A stretch of DNA of 24,000 nt from Desulfobulbaceae bacterium. Its GTDB lineage: Bacteria > Desulfobacterota > Desulfobulbia > Desulfobulbales > Desulfocapsaceae. The stretch is from NCBI GenBank assembly GCA_011390165.1, contig JAABSV010000001.1, positions 11,890-35,889 of the forward strand. Direction: 5' to 3'. This document shows, piece after piece, positions 15,618 to 24,000 of the stretch. The notes under the pieces are model-generated. The model was not told where the DNA came from and searched no databases. It saw nothing but the letters and a program-made list of their open reading frames with translations. A program made the translations under genes and the position numbers. The first letter of the stretch is position 1; the number at the start of each line of letters is the position of its first letter.

Positions 15618-16844
15618 TTACCCCACCGGCCCACCGCTGCCGTCGTGCAACCGGCAAAGCCTTGCCACCAACTCCGGGATGGTGGCAAAGGTGGCAGCAG
15701 GACAGGCTGCCGCCATCTGCTCCCCCATTTCCTTATTGAAACAGTCATCGGGGTGCAGCAAGAGCGCCGTTCCTCCTTGCGCAAGCAGCAGAGGCATGCC
15801 GGTCCTCCCGTCAGCCCCGCCACCACTCAACACCACTCCAGCCGCATTGTGCCTGTACACCGCCGCCACCGAGCCGAGCAGAGAATCAAAAAAACCTTCA
15901 CTCTCCTCATTGTGGGTGATTTTCTGCAGTGTCGGCTGTGATACAAAAGGCTTGATGGCAAGAGAATCTTGGCTGGCGGTAATGTAGCAGTTCCCCCCCT
16001 CAAGATGGACCCCGGCCCGGGCCCGAACAATCCGCATTGCCGAAACAGCGTCAAGATAGTCGCAGAATCCATCCACATGGGCCGGGTCCTGGCGGATCTG
16101 CACCAGCAGCGCGGCACTGCTCGCCGTGGGGAGCTTCGGCACGATTTCCAACAGGTTGCCGTAACATCCATCGCCTCCGCCGACCACGGTAAGAAAGGTG
16201 TTCCGACGGTATCTGGCGTCGGTGGACAAACTGATATCGATCAGATCACCACAATTTCGACAGACAACCGCCCCCCCCTCTCCACCCTTTACCGTACCGA
16301 CCAGTTCCCGGCCGCCGCACTCTTCACAGAAGACAAAACGAGACTGCTGTTCGGCAACCGGCGAACGTCCAGGGCTGAAAACCGGTTCACGCATCCGCAC
16401 CGTCATCCTGGCCGCCTTGCGCACTTTGTCCACCAAAGACTGCCGCTGGCTGTGCCGATCCAGGTTGTGGAGAAGGCTTTTCTTGCAGAGAAAATCCACC
16501 GCACCATTCTTCATGGTATCAAATGATCTGGCGGTACCGTCTTCGGAGAGACTGGAAAAGATAATGGTCGGGGTCGGTCGACGGATCATCAGATGCTGCA
16601 GGGCGGTCATACCATCCATCACCGGCATCTCCAGGTCGAGCAGAATGACATCCGGTGAACTCTTCAGCAGCATATCCAGGGCGGTGACGCCATTGTCCGC
16701 CTCGCCGACAACCTGCAGATCGCTGCAGTCGGCAAAGATATCAGCCAAAAATCGTCGAAAGATCAGAGAGTCATCGGCAAGCAGAAGTCGAATCGGGCCG
16801 CGGTCCGACCCTTGCTTTTGAAGGGAGCCGGTATCATTGTTCAT
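15618..16844 (-). CDS. response regulator: REC domain + CxxC...CxxC zinc-ribbon linker + CheB-like (methylesterase-fold) domain with an apparently degenerate catalytic triad, 408 aa
   Basis: The REC domain is very CheB-like (IRLLLADDSLIFRRFL...PDVILLDLEMPVMDGM...IIFSSLS...GAVDFLCKK). The linker reads FCEECGG...VVCRNCGD. The C-terminal domain aligns with CheB, but reads GGGDGC where CheB has GASTGG, and VQIRQ where CheB has TQHMP. GGGADG keeps the Asp. Start chosen at ATG 16844..16842 with a GAGGTG Shine-Dalgarno sequence, overlapping the nadD end by 11 nt. Confidence 0.75.
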   Translation of the reverse strand: MNNDTGSLQKQGSDRGPIRLLLADDSLIFRRFLADIFADCSDLQVVGEADNGVTALDMLLKSSPDVILLDLEMPVMDGMTALQHLMIRRPTPTIIFSSLSEDGTARSFDTMKNGAVDFLCKKSLLHNLDRHSQRQSLVDKVRKAARMTVRMREPVFSPGRSPVAEQQSRFVFCEECGGRELVGTVKGGEGGAVVCRNCGDLIDISLSTDARYRRNTFLTVVGGGDGCYGNLLEIVPKLPTASSAALLVQIRQDPAHVDGFCDYLDAVSAMRIVRARAGVHLEGGNCYITASQDSLAIKPFVSQPTLQKITHNEESEGFFDSLLGSVAAVYRHNAAGVVLSGGGADGRTGMPLLLAQGGTALLLHPDDCFNKEMGEQMAAACPAATFATIPELVARLCRLHDGSGGPVG

Positions 16845-17493
16845 CACCCACCTCACTGTCACCCTGGTAGAGGGCCCACGTTTCAATATAGGCAACAACC
16901 TGCTCCGGGACCCATTGCCGGACCGACAGCCCCTGCCGCAGCCTGGCGCGGATTTTCGACGAACTGATCTCCTCGGGGGTGGTGGTCAGAAAGATGACCC
17001 GCTGCGACCCATCCTGAAAAAACCAATCCCTGCCCCGCTGGCGGTAACCTATTCGGGTGAGGAACTGGCAGATCTGCCGGTTGTCGCTGCCGGAGCGAAG
17101 GGCAAGGACAATATGGACCAAGGCAAGAACATCGCTGTAAGCCTTCCAACTGAGCAGATCGAGAAAGGCGTCGCTGCCGATGATAAAAAAGAACTCACTA
17201 TCCTTCCGGCAGATGGCACGCATCGCCCGAAGCATGTCAATGGTGTAAGTAGGGGCGGGCAACTCTCCTTCGATACCGCTGCAGGCAATGGCATTTTCAT
17301 CAAGCAGCTCCAGCATGGCCAGACGATGCCGAAAAGGGAGAACCCGGCTGCCATCCTTGTGAGGGGGGTGGGCCGAGGGAACCAGGAGAACCTGATCGAA
17401 ACGGCACTCGTTCAAGGCAGCGGCGGCGAGTTGGAGATGGCCGCGGTGCACCGGGTCGAAGGTGCCGCCAAGCAGGCCGATTCTGGCCGGCAT
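16834..17493 (-). CDS. nadD: nicotinate-nucleotide adenylyltransferase
   Basis: IGLLGGTFDPVHRGHLQLA contains the (T/H)xGH motif, and SSSKIRARL is the ISST-like motif. ATG 17493..17491 overlaps the proA stop (TGATG). GTG 17496 is an alternative start. Confidence 0.9.
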   Translation of the reverse strand: MPARIGLLGGTFDPVHRGHLQLAAAALNECRFDQVLLVPSAHPPHKDGSRVLPFRHRLAMLELLDENAIACSGIEGELPAPTYTIDMLRAMRAICRKDSEFFFIIGSDAFLDLLSWKAYSDVLALVHIVLALRSGSDNRQICQFLTRIGYRQRGRDWFFQDGSQRVIFLTTTPEEISSSKIRARLRQGLSVRQWVPEQVVAYIETWALYQGDSEVGDEQ

Positions 17494-18758
17494 CACTCGC
17501 GGACCTGCCCCTGCCCGTAGACCACAAATTTTCGGGTGGTCAACTCCTCCAGCCCCATCGGCCCATAGGCGTGGAGTTTACTGGTACTGATGCCGATTTC
17601 GGCGCCAAGTCCCAGTTCACCGCCGTCGTTAAAGCGAGTGGAGGCGTTGACCATCACCGCCGAGGCATCAATTTCGGCGATAAAACGGTGCGCGGTTGAG
17701 TAGTTTTCCGTCACAATCACTTCGGTGTGGCGGGAACCGTACCGATCGATGTACTCTTTGGCCTCCTGATAGCCGGCAACCACTCGCACGGCGAGGATCA
17801 GATCAAGGAACTCCCGCCCCCAGTCCTCCTCGTCGGCCCTGCTCATTTGCGGGCAAAGAGCAACGCTTTGCGCGCAGCCGCGCAGTTCCACCCCCCTGGC
17901 CTGCATGGCGACGGCAAGAGGTGGGAGAAAGGCCGGTGCCACTGCGGCGTCCACCAGCAACCCCTCAAGGGCATTGCAGACCCCTGGGCGTTGGGTTTTG
18001 GCATTGAGCACAATCGCCTGTGCCTTGGCAAGGTCGGCATCACGGTCGACATAGAGATGGCACACCCCCTTGTAGTGCTTGAGAACGGGAATCCTGGAGT
18101 GGGCGACGACATAACGGATCAGCCCCTCACCACCGCGGGGGATCACCAGATCAATCTCCTCTTCGCAGCCAAGCAGATGGCTGACCGCCTCACGGTCGGT
18201 GGTCGGGATAAGCTGGGCACAGTCGGCCGGTACGGCATGGCTGATCAAGGCCCGATGGAGAAGGGTTACCAGGGCAATGTTGGAGTGGAAGGCCTCGGAA
18301 CCACCGCGTAGAATTACGGCGTTACCGGCCTTCAGGCAGAGAGCGGCGGCATCGATGGTGACGTTGGGACGGGATTCGTAGATCATCGCCACCACCCCGA
18401 GGGGCACCCGCATACGCCCGACCAGCAAGCCGTTGGGGCGACGGCTGCACTCCTCCAGTTTACCCACCGGGTCGGGAAGTGCCACCAGTTCCCGCAGGCC
18501 GGAAGCCATGGCGGCAATTCCGGCATCGGTCAAACGCAGTCGGTCGAGCATGGCCGGCGACAGACCAGCACTCTCCGCCAGGAGCATATCCCGCCGGTTT
18601 TCTTCAAGAAGCATCGCCGACTCGGCCTGAAGGTAATCGGCCAGGCTGAGCAGTACAGCATTCTTGGTGGTCGTCGGCAAAATAGCTATGGCCGCGGCCG
18701 CCACCTTTGCCCGCCTGGCCAACTGGCTGACCAATTGTTCCAAACTCCCCTTTCCCAT
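17493..18758 (-). CDS. proA: glutamate-5-semialdehyde dehydrogenase (gamma-glutamyl phosphate reductase)
   Basis: Aldehyde-dehydrogenase-like ProA sequence (VILRGGSEAFHSN, PGVCNALEGLLV, HTEVIVTEN, NASTRFNDGGELGLGAEIGIST). The track ORF begins at TTG 18782. I prefer ATG 18758, which is preceded by GGAGGG. Confidence 0.9.
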   Translation of the reverse strand: MGKGSLEQLVSQLARRAKVAAAAIAILPTTTKNAVLLSLADYLQAESAMLLEENRRDMLLAESAGLSPAMLDRLRLTDAGIAAMASGLRELVALPDPVGKLEECSRRPNGLLVGRMRVPLGVVAMIYESRPNVTIDAAALCLKAGNAVILRGGSEAFHSNIALVTLLHRALISHAVPADCAQLIPTTDREAVSHLLGCEEEIDLVIPRGGEGLIRYVVAHSRIPVLKHYKGVCHLYVDRDADLAKAQAIVLNAKTQRPGVCNALEGLLVDAAVAPAFLPPLAVAMQARGVELRGCAQSVALCPQMSRADEEDWGREFLDLILAVRVVAGYQEAKEYIDRYGSRHTEVIVTENYSTAHRFIAEIDASAVMVNASTRFNDGGELGLGAEIGISTSKLHAYGPMGLEELTTRKFVVYGQGQVRE

Positions 18759-18812
18759 GCCACCCTCCAGTATCAGCGGCAACAGCGGGCATCGCCGCCT
18801 GCCCCCCGGAAA

Positions 18813-19964
18813 TTACAGCAGCACCAGATTGTCCCGGTGCATGACCTCATCACAGTATTTATGGCCCAAGACTGATTCGATCTTGTCAGAACGCAATCCT
18901 TTGATCATGTTGATATCTGCCGAACTGAAATTAGTCAGGCCGATGGCAATCGGCCGGGCCAGCCGGTCAACGCAACGAACCGGGTCACCCACCTCGAAAA
19001 CTCCCTCCACCGAGACGATACCGGAAGGCAGCAGACTTTTCCCGCCGGTACTCACCGCCAGGCAGGCCCCCTCATCCAGGATAACCACCCCTTTGGGCTT
19101 GAGAACGTAGGCCAACCAACGTTTTCGGCTCTGCATCTTCTCCTTCATCGGCAAAAAGAAGGTACCGACCATCTCGCCGGAGAAGAGATGCTTGAGGATA
19201 TCGGGTTGCCGACCCGGACCAATGAAAGAACTGCCGCCCCCTGCCGAGACCATTCTCGCTGCCCGGATCTTGCTTTGCATGCCGCCGGTTCCAAGAACAC
19301 TCTTGCTGTTACCGGCCATTGACTCGATCTCTTCGGTTACCTCGCTCACCGTGTAAATTGGCCGTGCCGACGGGTCGGTGAGCGGGTTGCGGTCATAGAG
19401 GGCATCGACGTCGGTGAGGCAGATGAACATATCGGCCTCGATGAGGTTGGCGAGCAGTGCCCCCAGGGTGTCGTTGTCACTGAACCTCAGCTCTTCACTG
19501 GAGACGCTGTCGTTCTCGTTGATAACCGGGATGACCCCGAAGGAAAAAAGGGTGAGCAGGGTATTGCGGACATTGAGATAGCGGCGTCGATCGGCCAGGT
19601 CGGCGTGGGTAAGGAGTATCTGGGCGATATTTTTTTGGTGGCGGGCAAAGGCCTCGTCATAGTCATGCATCAACTGCGACTGGCCGATGGCTGCCAGGGC
19701 CTGTTTCTGGCGAATGGTGAGACCGGCCCGATCATCAAAACCGAGTTTTCGCTTGCCGGCGGCGACAGCTCCCGAGGAGATCAGGATCACCTCCCGCCCA
19801 CTATCATGGAGAAAGGAGATCTCTCGAGCCAGATTGGCGATCACATCCCGATTAAGGCCATCGGCAGAGGTCAGAATGGCGCTGCCGACCTTGACCACCA
19901 CCCGGCGGGCCTTGTCAAACAGGGTCTGGCGCAGATACAGCCCCTCTTCCCGTGCGCTATCCAT
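18813..19964 (-). CDS. proB: glutamate 5-kinase (with C-terminal PUA domain)
   Basis: RVVVKVGSAILT, VILISSGAVAAG, IPVINENDSVS and LSDNDTLGAL-like motifs are present. ATG 19964..19962 is verified, and the 29 codons upstream in the track ORF are discarded. Confidence 0.9.
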   Translation of the reverse strand: MDSAREEGLYLRQTLFDKARRVVVKVGSAILTSADGLNRDVIANLAREISFLHDSGREVILISSGAVAAGKRKLGFDDRAGLTIRQKQALAAIGQSQLMHDYDEAFARHQKNIAQILLTHADLADRRRYLNVRNTLLTLFSFGVIPVINENDSVSSEELRFSDNDTLGALLANLIEADMFICLTDVDALYDRNPLTDPSARPIYTVSEVTEEIESMAGNSKSVLGTGGMQSKIRAARMVSAGGGSSFIGPGRQPDILKHLFSGEMVGTFFLPMKEKMQSRKRWLAYVLKPKGVVILDEGACLAVSTGGKSLLPSGIVSVEGVFEVGDPVRCVDRLARPIAIGLTNFSSADINMIKGLRSDKIESVLGHKYCDEVMHRDNLVLL

Positions 19965-20165
19965 GGCCGTACACCTGATTTTCGAGAAAAAGTCTTCCGG
20001 CCACCTTGAAAAATGGTATTTCCGCCCAATCTCTGCGTTGAACGAGAACAATTTATCCTCAGAATATCAATTATATGCCTGCGATAAACTGTTTTCTTTC
20101 GCCTTGATTTTGAATGGAAATTCGAATTTAAAAAAGGCAGCCTTCCATCTGGGGCGGGGCCGGAG

Positions 20166-21258
<1,093 letters not shown>

Positions 21259-21312
21259 TCTATTCCACAACCACCAGTACTCGGTCTGGGGCCAGATGTC
21301 AGGTACTGTTGG

Positions 21313-21570
21313 TCAGGCGTCAGGATAGACGCTCACCCGTTTCCGGTCCTTGCCGAAATTTTCGTAGGTCACAACCCCATCAACCATGGCAAAGAGCGTG
21401 TAATCTCGGCCACAACCGACGTTGGTACCGGGGTGGATTTTGGTGCCGACCTGCCGGACAAGGATATTGCCCGCCTTCACAACCTGTCCGCCAAAACGTT
21501 TCACCCCACGCCGCTGGCCGGCACTGTCACGACCATTTCTCGAACTGCCACCTGCTTTCTTATGGGCCAT
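21313..21570 (-). CDS. rpmA: 50S ribosomal protein L27
   Basis: [55 protein letters not shown] 21570..21568 is verified, with a GGAGG Shine-Dalgarno sequence. Confidence 0.97.
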   Translation of the reverse strand: MAHKKAGGSSRNGRDSAGQRRGVKRFGGQVVKAGNILVRQVGTKIHPGTNVGCGRDYTLFAMVDGVVTYENFGKDRKRVSVYPDA

Positions 21571-21660
21571 CTCGTGGTTCCTCCGTACAACGATCCTGGT
21601 GACCGTTGCTCTTTGTTGCCGGCACAATTTCCTGCCGAGCGTTTGTCACCGCCCGGCTAA

Positions 21661-21972
21661 CTAGGCAGAAATCTCTACGATCTTCAATGCAGTGTAGGGC
21701 TGTCTGTGACCTCTCTTCAAACGATATCCCTTGCGCCGCTTCTTCTTAAAGACAACAATTTTTTTTGCCCGTCCCTGTTCGGCGATGGTGGCGGTAACCG
21801 TTGCATTCTCCAGTACCGGTTGTCCAACCAGAATGTTCTCACCGTCAACTACCATGAGCACATCGGCCAGGGAGACACTGTCACCAACCTGACCTTCGAG
21901 TTTTTCCACACGAAGCTGATCGCCACAGGCAACCTGATACTGTTTCCCACCTGTTCGTACTATTGCATACAT
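21661..21972 (-). CDS. rplU: 50S ribosomal protein L21
   Basis: MYAIVRTGGKQYQVACGDQLRVEKLEG...KKIVVFKKKRRKGYRLKRGHRQPYTALKI. Confidence 0.97.
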   Translation of the reverse strand: MYAIVRTGGKQYQVACGDQLRVEKLEGQVGDSVSLADVLMVVDGENILVGQPVLENATVTATIAEQGRAKKIVVFKKKRRKGYRLKRGHRQPYTALKIVEISA

Positions 21973-22112
21973 ATACGCGCCTCATTAAATGATTCAGCAG
22001 TGATAGCGGCTAGAAAAAAGCCTGCTGCGGCGGCTAGAGCTGAACTCGCACAACCGGAGAGCTGCGCCGAGACGGCGGTTACGCCACGAATAAAGTTCTA
22101 CCAGAACGCGGC

Positions 22113-22141
22113 AGTCTACCCATCTCCGTGACAGGTGTCAA
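22113..22141 (-). promoter_or_regulatory. sigma70-type promoter of rplU-rpmA
   Basis: The minus strand reads gaaattttc-TTGACA (22141..22136), then 17 nt, then TAGACT (22118..22113). An A/T-rich UP-like stretch lies upstream. Confidence 0.6.
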
Positions 22142-22323
22142 GAAAATTTCTTTAGTCATTCCCCGGCGGCGAAGGGGTGCCGCGCCGCAGGTAAAGGTGG
22201 CGAACCGTCGGCCATTGCTTTATCGAACGACGACAGATATCCGACAAGGGCGGCCAGAGGCTGTCCGCTGGTGGTGGCCGGGGAAAGGGACGTTATCATG
22301 GTAGAGGAAGATGGAGGATCTGC

Positions 22324-22770
22324 TCAGTTACCGTATTCAAGGCGGGCCTTCTCTTTTTCCGAACGGATAGCACAGGCTCTGGCGAAGGCTGCTTTCTTGC
22401 CATGCTTGGCGATGGAAACCGAAGTCTTTCCCTGCTTGCCGAGATGGGTAACCCAACTCACCTCGTAGCGGTTCAGTTTCTCGTTCAACCGAACACCAAC
22501 CACCCCTGTGCCGGAGTTGCTTACCGTCACCATATGTTTGTTGGTTCGCACCTTGCCCAGTTTTTTTTCCGTTTTATCCCGCCAACTGATCGCAGAAAGA
22601 AGGCTGGAATAGCGGCCACCGCACTTCCGGTCGGAAAAAAACTTCGAATGGGTCTTGCCGAGATATCGCACCCGCACGTACCATCCGTGCGTTCTCTTCG
22701 ACTCCTGATCGATTCGTGCGATATCCTTATGTTTTTCCAGGAGAAGCTTTTGTTTTTTGTCCTCGTCCAT
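22324..22770 (-). CDS. stand-alone tandem AP2-like DNA-binding domain protein (148 aa)
   Basis: There are two repeats of the AP2-type pattern. The first is THGWYVRVRYLGKTHSKFFSDRKCGGRYSSLLSAISWRD. The second is GVVGVRLNEKLNRYEVSWVTHLGKQGKTSVSIAKHGKKAAFARACAIR. The family call is from motif memory only. Confidence 0.6.
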   Translation of the reverse strand: MDEDKKQKLLLEKHKDIARIDQESKRTHGWYVRVRYLGKTHSKFFSDRKCGGRYSSLLSAISWRDKTEKKLGKVRTNKHMVTVSNSGTGVVGVRLNEKLNRYEVSWVTHLGKQGKTSVSIAKHGKKAAFARACAIRSEKEKARLEYGN

Positions 22771-22866
22771 GTTTGCACCCTTGTAATGGTGGTGAAATGA
22801 AGTCCGTCAACATTAAGACTACAGTCTGCCGGCAAACTAGTCGTTCTCCAGCACAGAAGAAAAAAA

Positions 22867-22906
22867 CAATTCTCAATTCTAAAAAACTGCGGAATTGCTC
22901 AATTCC
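22867..22906. repeat. CAATTC repeat cluster: a tandem direct repeat plus a 7-2-7 inverted repeat (candidate operator)
   Basis: CAATTCT-CAATTCT lies at 22867..22880. GGAATTG-CT-CAATTCC is a perfect palindrome at 22891..22906. Both lie 97-136 nt upstream of the AP2 gene ATG. Confidence 0.6.
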
Positions 22907-23090
22907 TGGTATCCTGGATAGATAAACTGACCAAACCTGACAAGACTAAACAGTGATTTTGTAGTAATCGAGGAGCAGAATGTCAACATTTTTTCTCTGC
23001 CAAAAAACCAAAAAACTACTTAATTTTCAACCTCTCCATCAGTTTTCCACAGAATTTTAGCCCCTTACTAAACCTAACAGAGACCGATAA

Positions 23091-23486
23091 ATGAATCAGC
23101 AGACAGAGCAACTTTCTGAACTTCTCGCCCTTGTCCGCCGCCTGCGGGGTGGCAATGGCTGCCCTTGGGACCAACGACAGACGCCAGACTCTCTCCGGCC
23201 CCACCTGCTCGACGAGTGCAAAGAGTTGGTAGCGGCCATCGACAATGGCGATTCTGGCAATACCTGTGAAGAACTGGGTGACCTGCTCTACATCGTAGTC
23301 ATGTATGCCGAAATGCATGCCGGCCGGGGTGAGTTTACCTTCGCTGATGTGCTGAGCGGAATCTGCGCCAAGTTGATTCGCCGCCACCCCCATGTCTTCG
23401 CCGGTAAGGCATGGGAGAACGAAGAGCAACTGGCCAGGCAGTGGCAGGAGATCAAGGAACTGGAGAAGAAAAAAAATAGTGTTTGA
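23091..23486 (+). CDS. mazG: MazG-family nucleoside triphosphate pyrophosphohydrolase (single-domain, 131 aa)
   Basis: LLALVRRLRGGNGCPWDQRQTPDSLRPHLLDECKELVAAI...EELGDLLYIVV...KLIRRHPHVF is a canonical MazG signature. Confidence 0.85.
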   Translation: MNQQTEQLSELLALVRRLRGGNGCPWDQRQTPDSLRPHLLDECKELVAAIDNGDSGNTCEELGDLLYIVVMYAEMHAGRGEFTFADVLSGICAKLIRRHPHVFAGKAWENEEQLARQWQEIKELEKKKNSV

Positions 23487-23511
23487 CACATATTCGGCAT
23501 CCCGGTATCAT
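23483..23511 (+). promoter_or_regulatory. sigma70-type promoter of rpsF
   Basis: TTGACA (23483..23488), then 17 nt, then TATCAT (23506..23511). The -35 element contains the mazG stop codon. Confidence 0.55.
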
Positions 23512-23685
23512 TTCAGGTTTGTGCGAATGGCAGCATGGCTGGTGACTCTGCTCGCTGCATTTCGCCGTCAACACACCGGAAGATGTCTTGTTACACCTTC
23601 TCGCTCCAGCCGGCAATGGCCGTGCCGGGGCCGTCCTGTGGCAGAAAAAACTGCCGCACCATCATGAGTCCACGAGGAGGAACCC

Positions 23686-24000
23686 ATGCGCAGGTACGAA
23701 ACGATCTTTATCCTTCGCCCAAACTGCAGCGAGGAAGAGATCACCAGAATCACCGACAGCACCACCCAGATCATCGAGGCGGCCGAGGGGACAGTTATTG
23801 AACTCAACCGCTGGGGGATGAAGAAACTCGCCTACCTGATCAAGAAAGAGGCCATGGGTTTCTACGTCTTCTGTGACTACACCGCCACCCCGGCGGCGGT
23901 CAGTGAAGTGGAAAGGAGATTCCGCATTGACGATGCGGTGTTGAAATATATGACCGTCAAGATCGACGGTGCCATGAACGCCGAGAAGATAGCGCTGGCC
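23686..24000 (+). CDS. rpsF: 30S ribosomal protein S6, 3' end outside the window
   Basis: Absent from the ORF track because there is no stop within the window. ATG 23686 is preceded by GAGGAGG. The translation MRRYETIFILRPNCSEEEITRITDSTTQIIEAAEGTVIELNRWGMKKLAYLIKKEAMGFYVF... is a typical S6 sequence. Confidence 0.9.
   Translation, partial: MRRYETIFILRPNCSEEEITRITDSTTQIIEAAEGTVIELNRWGMKKLAYLIKKEAMGFYVFCDYTATPAAVSEVERRFRIDDAVLKYMTVKIDGAMNAEKIALA

Noticed and set aside
18759-18782. TTG start of the proA track ORF and similar 5' extensions: proB to 20051, obg to 21221, rpmA to 21627, RR to 16898.
   Set aside because: Each internal ATG was verified on the sequence, has a better Shine-Dalgarno sequence, and matches the conserved N-terminus of its family. 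The extensions add non-homologous residues or overlap upstream genes and terminators.
23392-23821. Track ORFs in the mazG-rpsF spacer (23392..23667, 23535..23801, 23568..23807, 23588..23821).
   Set aside because: Their translations are Arg/Pro-rich with no Shine-Dalgarno sequence, and they overlap the clear rpsF reading frame or its leader. rpsF itself starts at 23686 behind GAGGAGG.

Overview
GC-rich bacterial chromosomal core region. A typical coding line I hand-counted is about 63% G+C. I support 22 protein-coding genes, two of them truncated by the window edges. I saw no rRNA, tRNA, CRISPR array, IS element or integrase. Gene content and order look like an anaerobic Desulfobacterota (deltaproteobacterial) genome, but that is unverified. 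On the minus strand: histidine phosphatase (partial), YcaO-TPR, tsaE, a cold-shock protein, an orphan family-5 ABC substrate-binding protein, a cbpA-like J-protein, ssb, and a spore-photoproduct-lyase-family radical SAM gene. On the plus strand: rng, an M23 peptidase, an LptF/LptG-family permease and nnr. On the minus strand again: ung, a CheB-like response regulator, nadD, proA, proB, obg, rpmA, rplU and a tandem AP2-domain protein. On the plus strand at the right end: mazG and rpsF (partial). No recognisable defence island or mobile element is present. The unusual items are domain architectures and non-coding structure. (1) A REC + zinc-ribbon + CheB-like protein appears to lack the methylesterase Ser and His, and it overlaps the end of nadD inside a housekeeping operon. 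(2) A stand-alone YcaO-TPR sits between tsaE and a histidine phosphatase, with no partner enzyme or precursor peptide nearby. (3) An LptF/G permease carries a C-terminal Ada-like Cys-rich putative zinc domain. (4) A stand-alone tandem AP2-domain DNA-binding protein lies beside a 34% GC intergenic region carrying CAATTC repeats and palindromes. (5) Several promoters overlap palindromes, and several 5' leaders are long and structured (cbpA, the SPL-family gene, rplU, rpsF). All protein family calls rest on motif recognition by eye, with no database search.
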